This document shows, in pieces, positions 1 to 8,789 of a stretch of 64,000 bases of DNA. The DNA lies in the IMG/VR virus record IMGVR_UViG_3300032242_001844; one strand, written 5' to 3'. The notes beneath the pieces were generated by a model. That model searched no databases. It saw nothing but the letters and a program-made list of their open reading frames with translations, and was not told where the DNA came from. Origin of the DNA: a virus. The position numbers were made by a program, and so were the translations under genes. The number at the start of each line of letters is the position of its first letter. The first letter of the stretch is position 1.

Positions 1-25
1 ACCGTGAACGCTATCCTCGCGAAAA

Positions 26-373
26 TTATGCTTGATAATTGAAATCCCAAATTTCAGAAATTTTAATTTGGTTCCCATAATATTGTTTTATTTCAGCAAT
101 TAATTCAGTAATCCACAGCGGGTTTCCATCATCCGTTGTGGGGTTGTACAATTCTGAATAGTACTCAAGTACGCTATCTAAATCTTTAAATATTATTTCA
201 TTTATACTTTTAAATTTTGTAGAGTCAGTGCCATGAATAATTGCCAGCAATTTCCCTTCATTTTTAAGTTTTTCAATGATATTTTTTTTATAATCAAACA
301 CACTCACTAAAAGATTTGAAAATTCAACATTTTCAGATGGTATTTCAACGATAAATGTTTTTTTTATTGCCAT
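26..373 (-). CDS. hypothetical protein
   Basis: 115-aa ORF with AAGGA RBS upstream, divergent from the AAA gene. Confidence 0.6.
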   Translation of the reverse strand: MAIKKTFIVEIPSENVEFSNLLVSVFDYKKNIIEKLKNEGKLLAIIHGTDSTKFKSINEIIFKDLDSVLEYYSELYNPTTDDGNPLWITELIAEIKQYYGNQIKISEIWDFNYQA

Positions 374-454
374 TTTTTTTCCTTAAACGGTCATTTTTTG
401 CTTGACAACCTATTTAACTGTGGTAATATGCATATATAAGCTTTTAACCAGCCA

Positions 455-1252
455 ATGAGGTGTCCTATGACTCGCATGACAGATGAAGCAATTATGGCTC
501 GTATTGCCGAGCGTTTTGAAATCCTTGAAGACATGACCACTGCCGTAAAGGAAGGTGATGTTCGTGCTATGATCGTGGTGGGACCGCCTGGGGTTGGTAA
601 ATCCTATGGCGTTCATAAAAAGTTGGACGAGCATTCTCTTTATGATGAAGTTGCTGGTAAAGTCAAGTATCAGGTTGTCAAGGGTGCAATGACTGCTCTT
701 GGTCTCTATGCCAAGCTATATGAGTTCAGCGATAGTGGTAGCGTCCTCGTGTTCGACGATTGCGATAGCGTGTTGATGGATGAACTGTCGCTCAATATTC
801 TTAAGGCAGCACTTGACAGTGGCAAGAAGCGCACCATCCATTGGAATGCTGATAGCAATCTGCTTCACAAGCAAGGCATCCCAAACAAGTTTGACTTCAA
901 GGGCGGCGTTATCTTTATCACCAACTTGAAGTTTGAGAACATTCGTTCTAAAAAGCTGCAAGACCATCTTGGTGCACTGCAGTCTCGTTGTCACTATATT
1001 GATTTGACAATGGATACTGAACACGATAAATATCTTCGTATTCGGCAAATTGCAGAAAGCGGACAACTGTTTAACGGTTATGATATGACCAAAACACAAG
1101 AAACCGAAATCCTGCACTTTATGAAAGACAATGCCAATCGGTTCCGTGAAATGTCACTGCGTACCGCACTTAAGTTGGCTGACCTTCGTAAGTCGCAGCC
1201 AAACCGTTGGCAGCGTGTTGCAGAAGTAACGATTATGAGGAACGGTGCATGA
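455..1252 (+). CDS. AAA+ family ATPase (true start possibly 467 or 476)
   Basis: Walker A GPPGVGKS, Walker B VLVFDDCD, sensor-1 ITN, SRC arginine-finger motif. Confidence 0.85.
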   Translation: MRCPMTRMTDEAIMARIAERFEILEDMTTAVKEGDVRAMIVVGPPGVGKSYGVHKKLDEHSLYDEVAGKVKYQVVKGAMTALGLYAKLYEFSDSGSVLVFDDCDSVLMDELSLNILKAALDSGKKRTIHWNADSNLLHKQGIPNKFDFKGGVIFITNLKFENIRSKKLQDHLGALQSRCHYIDLTMDTEHDKYLRIRQIAESGQLFNGYDMTKTQETEILHFMKDNANRFREMSLRTALKLADLRKSQPNRWQRVAEVTIMRNGA

Positions 1253-1422
1253 AGACATATGATATTAAAGGGTTTGTATCCAAACCACATGAACCAACCG
1301 TTCAGTTCCAAGTAACTGTAAATGCAAATGACCAGTCGAGCGCAAAGCGACTGGTCACTATGCAATATGGTATGGGTGGAACAGTTAATTTTCAAAAAAT
1401 TTTAGAAAAGAAAAATAAATAA
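1249..1422 (+). CDS. small hypothetical protein (MKTYDIKG...)
   Basis: ATGA overlap with the upstream stop, GAGG RBS; start trimmed from the ORF-track 1207. Confidence 0.65.
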   Translation: MKTYDIKGFVSKPHEPTVQFQVTVNANDQSSAKRLVTMQYGMGGTVNFQKILEKKNK

Positions 1423-1429
1423 CTTTTTC

Positions 1430-1456
1430 AAACAGGGCAGATGCCCTGTTTTTTTA
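1430..1456 (+). terminator. rho-independent terminator
   Basis: AAACAGGGCA/TGCCCTGTTT inverted repeat followed by a T run. Confidence 0.8.
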
Positions 1457-1491
1457 TTGCATTATAATAAACAACACTGTATATTAAATAA

Positions 1492-2937
1492 ATGTTGTGC
1501 AAAATAATTATTCGAGACGAAGTAAATTGCAAAATTGAAGGACTTGATGCAGACACGCGCCGTAGGCTTGTGGCAAAATTTAAGTACGAAGTTCCATACG
1601 CCAGATATTTGCCATCTGTTCGTCTTGGACGATGGGATGGAAAAATTGCATACTTTCAGTTGGGTGGCTCTACCTATATTAACTTGCTGCCAGAAGTAAT
1701 TGAATATCTAACGGATCGCAATTGGGAATTTGAGATTGAAGATCGCCGTGCAGCGCGAGCCGCCTTTGAATTTACACAAGTAGATGAGAATACATTCGCA
1801 CATAAGACTTGGCCAAAAGGTCACCCTGTTGCAGGACAGCCAATTGTTTTGCGCGATTATCAAATTGATATTATCAATAAATTTTTAGGCGATACACAGT
1901 GTGTACAAGAAGTTGCTACTGGCGCTGGTAAGACTATTATGACCGCAGCGTTAAGCCTTATGGTTGAACCATATGGTCGTTCTATTATTATTGTTCCAAG
2001 CAAGAGTTTAGTTCTTCAAACCGAAGAAGATTATAAAAATCTTGGGCTAGATGTTGGCGTTTATTTTGGTGAACGCAAAGAACTAGGTCGAGCACATACT
2101 ATTTGCACATGGCAAAGCCTGAACAGCCTTTATAAGGGCAGCAAAGGCACAGGCAATGAGTGGACCATGATGCTTAATGTTGCAGCAATTATTGTCGATG
2201 AAGTTCATCAAGCAAAAGCAGAGGTTCTCAAAGCAATGCTTACACAAGAGTTTGCACATGTTCCAATTCGTTGGGGATTGACTGGAACTATTCCAAAAGA
2301 AAAATTTGAACAGGTTGCGCTTGTTGTATCCATTGGACAAGTTGTAAGTCAGCTTAGCGCAAGTGAATTACAAGATCGTGGCGTTCTGTCTAACTGCCAT
2401 GTCAACATCGTGCAAACAGTTGAGTACAGCGACTTTAGAAATTATCAAGAAGAATTAAAGTATCTTACCACAAATAAAGAAAGGCTTGATCATCTTTCAA
2501 GTCTTATTAGCGAGATAATTAAAACAGGAAATACGCTTGTGTTAGTAGACCGCCGCGAGTGCGGTGAAGAACTAGTAGCGCGATTGCCAAATAGTATATT
2601 TGTCCATGGAGATATGAAAAATGCTGATAGAAAAGAACACTATGATGAAATTGCAAATGTCAGTGACAAGATTATTGTTGCTACCTATGGAGTTGCTGCT
2701 GTGGGTATCAATATTCCTCGCATTTTTAATATGGTACTGCTTGAACCAGGAAAGAGCTTTGTTAGGGTTATCCAATCTATTGGACGAGGCATACGAAAAG
2801 CAGACGACAAAGACTTTGTTCAAATCTGGGACATAACAGCAGATTGTAAATTTGCAAAGCGACATTTAACAAAGCGTAAACAATTTTATAAAGAAGCAAA
2901 TTATCCATTTACTCAAGAAAAGAGTATATACAAATGA
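1492..2937 (+). CDS. uvsW: SF2 DNA helicase, T4 UvsW-like
   Basis: Q motif LRDYQ, ATGAGKT, DEVH, TGT, QSIGRGIR; N-terminal GRWDGKI motif typical of UvsW. Confidence 0.85.
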   Translation: MLCKIIIRDEVNCKIEGLDADTRRRLVAKFKYEVPYARYLPSVRLGRWDGKIAYFQLGGSTYINLLPEVIEYLTDRNWEFEIEDRRAARAAFEFTQVDENTFAHKTWPKGHPVAGQPIVLRDYQIDIINKFLGDTQCVQEVATGAGKTIMTAALSLMVEPYGRSIIIVPSKSLVLQTEEDYKNLGLDVGVYFGERKELGRAHTICTWQSLNSLYKGSKGTGNEWTMMLNVAAIIVDEVHQAKAEVLKAMLTQEFAHVPIRWGLTGTIPKEKFEQVALVVSIGQVVSQLSASELQDRGVLSNCHVNIVQTVEYSDFRNYQEELKYLTTNKERLDHLSSLISEIIKTGNTLVLVDRRECGEELVARLPNSIFVHGDMKNADRKEHYDEIANVSDKIIVATYGVAAVGINIPRIFNMVLLEPGKSFVRVIQSIGRGIRKADDKDFVQIWDITADCKFAKRHLTKRKQFYKEANYPFTQEKSIYK

Positions 2938-3647
2938 ATAATATTTCTTTAGTAACTATCACATTTCATAAAGATTTTAATTGTCTTGAAAAACAATTGA
3001 CATCACTTAACATGTATTATAAAAAAAATTTAACACATAATATTATATTGAATGATGATGAAATTTATTTGACTGGTTTACAAAATATAGTATCTAAATT
3101 TAAATATTTTAATTATAAAATTTACCACTTTTCAAATTTTGATTTATCACATCAAACTGTTGAATTAGATTGGTTTAACCAGCAAATACTAAAACTTCAA
3201 GCTTGCAATATCATAGATACTAAGTTTTATTTAATTTTTGATTCTAAAGATTATGTGACACAATATCATGATTTTAACGAATTGATAGCCAATGACATTC
3301 CATCACTGAACTATGATAAACATGATTTATATAAACTTGATACCAGTTATTCAAATTCATTTAAATTTTTTAATCTAAATCCTGATGAGCATAGAGATTT
3401 TGTAACTGACGGACGAACGCCATTTATAATGGAAACAGAACATACAAAATCATTATTAAATTATATTGAAGATAGCGGCATAAAATTAAACCAACTTATA
3501 ACTCCAACAACAGACCACACAAAGCGACACACAGAATTTTATCTTTATAATGCGTGGTTAGAAAAAAACAATGTTAAAGTAAATTGGGTAAAAGAATTAA
3601 TACTAGGACAAAAAATAGAATATGAATGCAGAATTAAAAATATTTAA
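2934..3647 (+). CDS. hypothetical glycosyltransferase-like protein (AT-rich)
   Basis: W..QQILKL, YLIFDSKD and TEFYLY motifs recall the DUF6492/GT-like family; markedly lower GC than neighbours. Confidence 0.45.
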   Translation: MNNISLVTITFHKDFNCLEKQLTSLNMYYKKNLTHNIILNDDEIYLTGLQNIVSKFKYFNYKIYHFSNFDLSHQTVELDWFNQQILKLQACNIIDTKFYLIFDSKDYVTQYHDFNELIANDIPSLNYDKHDLYKLDTSYSNSFKFFNLNPDEHRDFVTDGRTPFIMETEHTKSLLNYIEDSGIKLNQLITPTTDHTKRHTEFYLYNAWLEKNNVKVNWVKELILGQKIEYECRIKNI

Positions 3648-3665
3648 TACAAAAAAGGAAGTGCA

Positions 3666-4166
3666 GTGCGTATATTAACCGTAGAAAATACAGTATTTGA
3701 AATGAATAATTTACCAGACCAAGTTGATGATCTTAGGTTCTGTGTGTTAGACAACAGTAATCCAGCAGATGCTGACTATTACTTTTTACCATTAGTTTTT
3801 TTAGAAAGTTTCAATGATCCTGCTCTTGTGCTAAAGATAGGAAATCATAAAATTATGATGCCATACAATTGGCGTATTCTTATTGGTGAAGCAGAAATTG
3901 GTGACCTTGAAGCCCTACCACTGACAAAATTAAATGATCGCGGGTTCCAAGCCTTTACATTTAATCCTATTAGTTCATTTCGTGCAGAGTTTATGAATAT
4001 TGAAATAACAGATGTTTATCAAGATGTGCGTTGGTATTTTCCTAAAATAAAAAATGGTCAATTACTGTGCATACCGCTAAGTGATGGACCAAAGCCAATA
4101 TGTGCATACTTCGTTAAAGAAATTAGTCGTGCAAGCGAATTGATTGACATTCAAAACATAGTGTAG
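3666..4166 (+). CDS. conserved phage hypothetical protein (beta-rich)
   Basis: GTG start with AAGGAAG RBS; 166 aa; ends in TAG. Confidence 0.7.
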   Translation: MRILTVENTVFEMNNLPDQVDDLRFCVLDNSNPADADYYFLPLVFLESFNDPALVLKIGNHKIMMPYNWRILIGEAEIGDLEALPLTKLNDRGFQAFTFNPISSFRAEFMNIEITDVYQDVRWYFPKIKNGQLLCIPLSDGPKPICAYFVKEISRASELIDIQNIV

Positions 4167-4178
4167 TATCATATAAAA

Positions 4179-4640
4179 ATGAACAAACTTGACATTGGTT
4201 ATGAGATGGCACAGTTGGATACCAAGAACCGTGCCTTTTATGATGAACTTACCGATGAAGAACGCAAAAAGTTCTCTACCTATCTTATGTTGCGGTGGGG
4301 CAGCGCAGTTATAGGAGTTTCAGAGTTGCAGCAGTATTATTTGCAAGCAATGAACGAACGAGTTAACAAGCGGTTTTTTGATATCAACAAGCATCCTAAA
4401 CTGCAGTGGCTGTTGATGACAACGGTAAGTCCTGATATGGGTAACCATCGTCATGAATGGATGGCGTTTAATGCTCGCAAATCAAAGAACAAACGAAGTG
4501 ATGTTATTGCAAAACTATATCCAGAATATAAACTTGATGATTGTGATCTGTTAGCATCAAGTATTCCTGATGTTGAGTTTAAGGCGATGTTGGTGGAATT
4601 GGGTTGGAATGATAAAGAAATCAAAGAGGCAATGAAATGA
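4179..4640 (+). CDS. putative clamp-loader small subunit (T4 gp62-like)
   Basis: Helical protein with F..Y.MLRW.S, N..FF, HPKLQW and W...K pattern recalling gp62; replication context. Confidence 0.5.
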   Translation: MNKLDIGYEMAQLDTKNRAFYDELTDEERKKFSTYLMLRWGSAVIGVSELQQYYLQAMNERVNKRFFDINKHPKLQWLLMTTVSPDMGNHRHEWMAFNARKSKNKRSDVIAKLYPEYKLDDCDLLASSIPDVEFKAMLVELGWNDKEIKEAMK

Positions 4641-4852
4641 CAATTAAAAGTGCTTTTACAAATGCTGGCGATGTTGCATTTATTAATATCCAAGACACTC
4701 ATGGTGGTCAAAATTTGCAGATAAATTTTACAAATGAAATGATTGAATTGGCTTCTTTTTGGAAGGAATGGGGACCAGTATTTAAGAGTTATAATCCAAG
4801 TGTTATTGATGCACTTCACCAAGCCAAGGTATTGCACGAAATTAACAAATGA
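4637..4852 (+). CDS. hypothetical protein
   Basis: ATGA-coupled at both ends, GAGG RBS. Confidence 0.65.
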   Translation: MTIKSAFTNAGDVAFINIQDTHGGQNLQINFTNEMIELASFWKEWGPVFKSYNPSVIDALHQAKVLHEINK

Positions 4853-5580
4853 GTATGGATCAATTGCGCAAAATCGCAGAAGAAGCAGCCAAAGATGTTA
4901 AGCCAGGCACACATGTATGCAAGTACTGTAGCCAAGGATTTGTGCGTGAAAGCACACTGGCGGTTCATCAGTGTGAACCAAAACGCCGTGACCAGCAACA
5001 ACATGAAAAAGGCGTTATCATTGGGTTTAACGCTTGGCTGCGGTTCTTTGAACTTACACAGGGTTCGGCAAAGTTTAAAACATATGCGGATTTTTGCAAT
5101 AACACTTTTTATAATGCATTTGTAAAATTTGGGCGACATTGCGTTAGTATAAATGCAATCAATACAAGTCAGTTTACTGATTATGTATTAAAGCAGCAAT
5201 TGAAAATTGATAACTGGTGCAAAGACAAAGTATATGATGAATATCTGCATTTGTTATTGCGCAATGAGAATAGTAGCGATGCGTTAGAGCGTTCAATCTT
5301 AACTATGCAAGATTGGGCAGAAGATACCAATAATGATATAACACAGTATTTTGAATCTGTCTCAAATGGTCGATTTGTGCAGCATATTATCAATGGTCGT
5401 ATCTCTCCATGGGTGTTATACTGTTGCGACAGTGGAATTGCTAAACTTGAAACTTTAACTGAAGAACATGTTAGTATGGTTATTAAACAGATTGATCCTG
5501 ATTTTTGGCAGAGAAAACTGCGAGATTATCCTGCTGATGCAGAAATGACAAAGCATATATTATCACAGGCAAATTTTTAA
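4849..5580 (+). CDS. hypothetical protein with N-terminal C2H2/C2HC zinc finger
   Basis: CKYC..F.....L..HQC motif. Confidence 0.7.
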   Translation: MSMDQLRKIAEEAAKDVKPGTHVCKYCSQGFVRESTLAVHQCEPKRRDQQQHEKGVIIGFNAWLRFFELTQGSAKFKTYADFCNNTFYNAFVKFGRHCVSINAINTSQFTDYVLKQQLKIDNWCKDKVYDEYLHLLLRNENSSDALERSILTMQDWAEDTNNDITQYFESVSNGRFVQHIINGRISPWVLYCCDSGIAKLETLTEEHVSMVIKQIDPDFWQRKLRDYPADAEMTKHILSQANF

Positions 5581-5834
5581 TGAAACTACGGTTTATAGTT
5601 GGCAATAATTTATCACTTAGCGAAGTTCGTTCACTATCTGATGAAATTTACACTATCGACCTTATACAAAATAAGAGCACACTTGTTATTAGTGATGTGT
5701 CGTTTTATGTTAGCAACGAGGCAGAAATTAAACAATGGTGTGATTCTTCCTTGACAAAATGGTCACAAAAAGGTATGATACTAGGATTCATAAACGATGA
5801 AGAGAGAACGCTATTTTTGATGAGATGGGCATGA
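5580..5834 (+). CDS. hypothetical protein
   Basis: Coupled ORF; C-terminal F.....TLF.MRW motif seen in small phage proteins. Confidence 0.6.
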   Translation: MKLRFIVGNNLSLSEVRSLSDEIYTIDLIQNKSTLVISDVSFYVSNEAEIKQWCDSSLTKWSQKGMILGFINDEERTLFLMRWA

Positions 5835-6019
5835 CTTGGTTTATTATATCTTGGCTTTACCTTGCTGGCATGGGCGCAATTTATGCCATTGATGATAGTA
5901 GTTCTCGCCTATTTTGGTTTACTGCGGTGTTATTGGTATTTTGGCCTCTGTGGGTAACTTTTATATCGCTTTGGTTTTTATGGCTTACAATTAAGGAACG
6001 AAAATGGATATCGACATAG
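5825..6019 (+). CDS. small membrane protein
   Basis: Two hydrophobic segments; fills the gap in the operon. Confidence 0.55.
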   Translation: MGMTWFIISWLYLAGMGAIYAIDDSSSRLFWFTAVLLVFWPLWVTFISLWFLWLTIKERKWIST

Positions 6020-6564
6020 ATTTTGGCAATCGTGATGATATCTTAAAGATTATCAAACATATTCCTGCATCCATTAATCGTGGCGGCAGTGTTGTCAAAC
6101 ACAATACTGGTGTTTATGTTAATCCTATTCCTGTTAACCCACTTACTGGTTTAAGTAATATTGATTATAACGAAGCCGAAGAACTTGGCTATATGAAGTT
6201 GGACCTGTTGAATGTGCATGTTTATAATTCAGTTCGCAGCAACGAGCATCTTGACGAACTCTGTAATACTGAGCCACAATGGGACCAACTTCATAACAAA
6301 GATTATGTTGATAAGTTAATTCATCTTAATAGCCACTATGATCTTGTTCAGAAACATTTTCCAGATACAATAGATAAATTAGCAATGGTATTGGCAATGA
6401 TTCGTCCAAGTAAACGATATCTTGTTGGCCAGCGATGGAAAGAAATTGCTGCGGAAATTTGGTTAAAACCGCATGAAGGCTATTACTTCAAGAAAGCACA
6501 CGCATACAGTTACGCGCAATTAGTAATGGTTCATATGAATCTATTAAGTGAGTCTGCGAACTAA
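6004..6564 (+). CDS. DNA polymerase III alpha (DnaE)-like catalytic core, very short
   Basis: DIDIDF, H.TGV, KLDLL, LAMIRP and YYFKKAHAYSY motifs of family C polymerases in only 186 aa. Confidence 0.8.
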   Translation: MDIDIDFGNRDDILKIIKHIPASINRGGSVVKHNTGVYVNPIPVNPLTGLSNIDYNEAEELGYMKLDLLNVHVYNSVRSNEHLDELCNTEPQWDQLHNKDYVDKLIHLNSHYDLVQKHFPDTIDKLAMVLAMIRPSKRYLVGQRWKEIAAEIWLKPHEGYYFKKAHAYSYAQLVMVHMNLLSESAN

Positions 6565-6915
6565 TTGCACTACACGGCGTTTTGTTCGCTTCTCTGCTAG
6601 CTTGGCAATGCTAACAATATGTCCATGTTGTTCTATTATATCTTTGCAAGCTAGCGTTACTGTACTGTACCTGAATGGATTCCAACTTTCTTTAAGAAAT
6701 ATGTTAATAGGAATTAATCTATTAGATTCCCACCACCATATTTCTGCAGTTTCTAAAAACCCAAGTTTATCTTTATCTGTTCTTAATTTATTAAAAGCAT
6801 ACATGCTTACGATATCGGTATCATGATTTTGTATAATACCAATATAATCACTGTGAGTATATTTTATGTAACTTAGGAACGGGTATTGTTCTAGCATTTG
6901 TTCAATTGAAATCAT
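6544..6915 (-). CDS. conserved phage hypothetical protein
   Basis: 123-aa ORF with YPFLS and WWWESNRLIPINIFL; protein-like composition. Confidence 0.7.
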   Translation of the reverse strand: MISIEQMLEQYPFLSYIKYTHSDYIGIIQNHDTDIVSMYAFNKLRTDKDKLGFLETAEIWWWESNRLIPINIFLKESWNPFRYSTVTLACKDIIEQHGHIVSIAKLAEKRTKRRVVQLVRRLT

Positions 6916-6940
6916 AATAAATATAAAAGGAGTCCATTCT

Positions 6941-7729
6941 GTGCAGCCAATTTCAGGTTATTTATATAAACAAATCATTACCGTTGTAAGGAATAGTGAC
7001 TTCGTACCACACAGGGAGAATCAGTTGTTTTACGCAAAACCATTACAAATATACAAAGGTGTAGATAACCGATTCCAATTTCTGTTTAAAAACCAAGATT
7101 GGAAACCTGTAAGTCTACTTGATAGTTCAGTTCTATTTAACTTGATTGATCCTACTACTACAGAATTAGTTTTTAGTAGAAAGTTGCAGATTGTTTATAC
7201 CGATAATGGAACTGCTACTACGCTTGTTGAAAGTAGTTTAATTGATGATGTAAACGCTGGACTATACAATTATAGTATTGTAGTTACAAGTCCAGAAGGT
7301 GAACAACAAATTGCTTACAGTGATGACAACTATAATGCGCAAGGACAAGCCAGAATTCACGACAATGTTTATCCAGCATTTGTTGAAAGTTTCAAACCTA
7401 CTATTTTAAATTATACAAATGATATCAGCACTGGCTATCTAAATGTTGCTTATACGAGTGCAACGCAAATGGCAGATCGTGTAAAAGGTCGTGCGGTTGC
7501 GCAAACCGTGCAATATAACTGTGCAGGATTTACTGGCATAATTGAATGTCAAGCAACGCAAGATTATCTTAGTGTCAGCAATGCTGCTACTTGGGTCGTT
7601 ATACAAGATGTCACACTTAACAACATGACAGGCAACGGATATTTTAATTTTTATGGTAAATTTAATGCTGTGCGGTTTAAGATAACAAAAACAAATGGCA
7701 CAGTGAATTATATCGCATATCGTCCTTGA
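6941..7729 (+). CDS. putative virion structural protein (beta-sandwich, BppU-like N-terminus)
   Basis: GTG start with AAGGAG RBS and upstream TAAATA; IYKGVDN..F...N.D.KPV pattern. Confidence 0.55.
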   Translation: MQPISGYLYKQIITVVRNSDFVPHRENQLFYAKPLQIYKGVDNRFQFLFKNQDWKPVSLLDSSVLFNLIDPTTTELVFSRKLQIVYTDNGTATTLVESSLIDDVNAGLYNYSIVVTSPEGEQQIAYSDDNYNAQGQARIHDNVYPAFVESFKPTILNYTNDISTGYLNVAYTSATQMADRVKGRAVAQTVQYNCAGFTGIIECQATQDYLSVSNAATWVVIQDVTLNNMTGNGYFNFYGKFNAVRFKITKTNGTVNYIAYRP

Positions 7730-7753
7730 CTTTTGTTATAAATCTGTTATATT
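7726..7753 (+). promoter_or_regulatory. sigma70-type promoter for primase (leaderless)
   Basis: TTGACT-16-TATATT, ATG 6 nt after the -10 box, no SD. Confidence 0.65.
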
Positions 7754-7759
7754 AATGTT

Positions 7760-8758
7760 ATGGAAATTACTGACCAAATCATGCAGCACCTGCCATGGAA
7801 GCGCAAATCCACGCCTAGCGGTTGGATAAGTTTCAATGCTGTCTGCTGTCATCACAATGGTCAAAATGCTGATACTCGTGGTCGTGGCGGCGTTATGCCA
7901 TCGCCAGAAGGCGGGATAACTGCGCATTGTTTCAATTGTCATTACACTGCTTCTTGGCAACCAGGCCGTCGTCTCTCTTACAAGATGCGGCGTTGGATGT
8001 CTTGGCTTGGCATGGGCGACGATGAGATTGGGCGTCTTGCTCTTTTTGCTATCAGTCAAGAAAGCTATGAACAAGTTGTAGTTGAAACTCGTGAGTTGCC
8101 TACTTACGAGCCTCGTGATCCGTGTCCAGGTCGTCCTATTACAAGTTGGTTAAATGATGGGTATATAAATGAAGAGGATTATAACAGTCTTGAAATAGCT
8201 ATCAATTATCTTGATTCTAGAGGTTTTGGCGATAAGCTATCTGATTTTTACTGGACAGACGACCCTGCATTAAGAAACCGTGTGCTTGTTCCATTTACTT
8301 GGAAAAACAAACCTATGGGATTTAGTGGGCGGCTGTTTGAAGATGGTAAGAAGAAAGTAAAATATTTTTCTAACTATCCAAGCAATATGATTTGGGGGTA
8401 TGATCGACAGCATCGTGACGCAAGATTTTGCATTGTCGTTGAAGGATTGCTTGATGCAGTTGCTATTGGTGCACTTGCTATTTGCAGCAATGAAATCAAT
8501 GACAGTCAGGCTCAAGTTATTGAGACACTTGACCGTGATATCATTGTCGTGCCTGATCGTGATAAGGCTGGCGCGGCAATGGTAGAGGCTGCGTTAAAAT
8601 ATGGTTGGAGTGTAGCATTTCCTGATTGGGAGACGGGTATTAAAGATACTGCAGATGCTGTTGCAAAATATGGTACATTGTTTACTATGCGTAGTATCAT
8701 AGATAGTGTACAAACTAATAAACTTAAAATTCAACTCTATGGTAAAAAATGGTTTTGA
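7760..8758 (+). CDS. DNA primase (T4 gp61-like)
   Basis: Zn-binding CC...HCFNC, Toprim VEGLLD and PDRDKAG, KD motif. Confidence 0.9.
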   Translation: MEITDQIMQHLPWKRKSTPSGWISFNAVCCHHNGQNADTRGRGGVMPSPEGGITAHCFNCHYTASWQPGRRLSYKMRRWMSWLGMGDDEIGRLALFAISQESYEQVVVETRELPTYEPRDPCPGRPITSWLNDGYINEEDYNSLEIAINYLDSRGFGDKLSDFYWTDDPALRNRVLVPFTWKNKPMGFSGRLFEDGKKKVKYFSNYPSNMIWGYDRQHRDARFCIVVEGLLDAVAIGALAICSNEINDSQAQVIETLDRDIIVVPDRDKAGAAMVEAALKYGWSVAFPDWETGIKDTADAVAKYGTLFTMRSIIDSVQTNKLKIQLYGKKWF

Positions 8759-8783
8759 CAATCATCTATAAAAAGTATATAAT
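8755..8783 (+). promoter_or_regulatory. consensus sigma70 promoter for helicase (leaderless)
   Basis: TTGACA-17-TATAAT, ATG 6 nt downstream. Confidence 0.75.
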
Positions 8784-8789
8784 TACCTA

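Noticed and set aside
455-1252. Calling the AAA ATPase the gp44 clamp loader
   Set aside because: It has an SRC motif but DDCD rather than DEAD and lacks recognisable RFC boxes; left as a generic AAA+.
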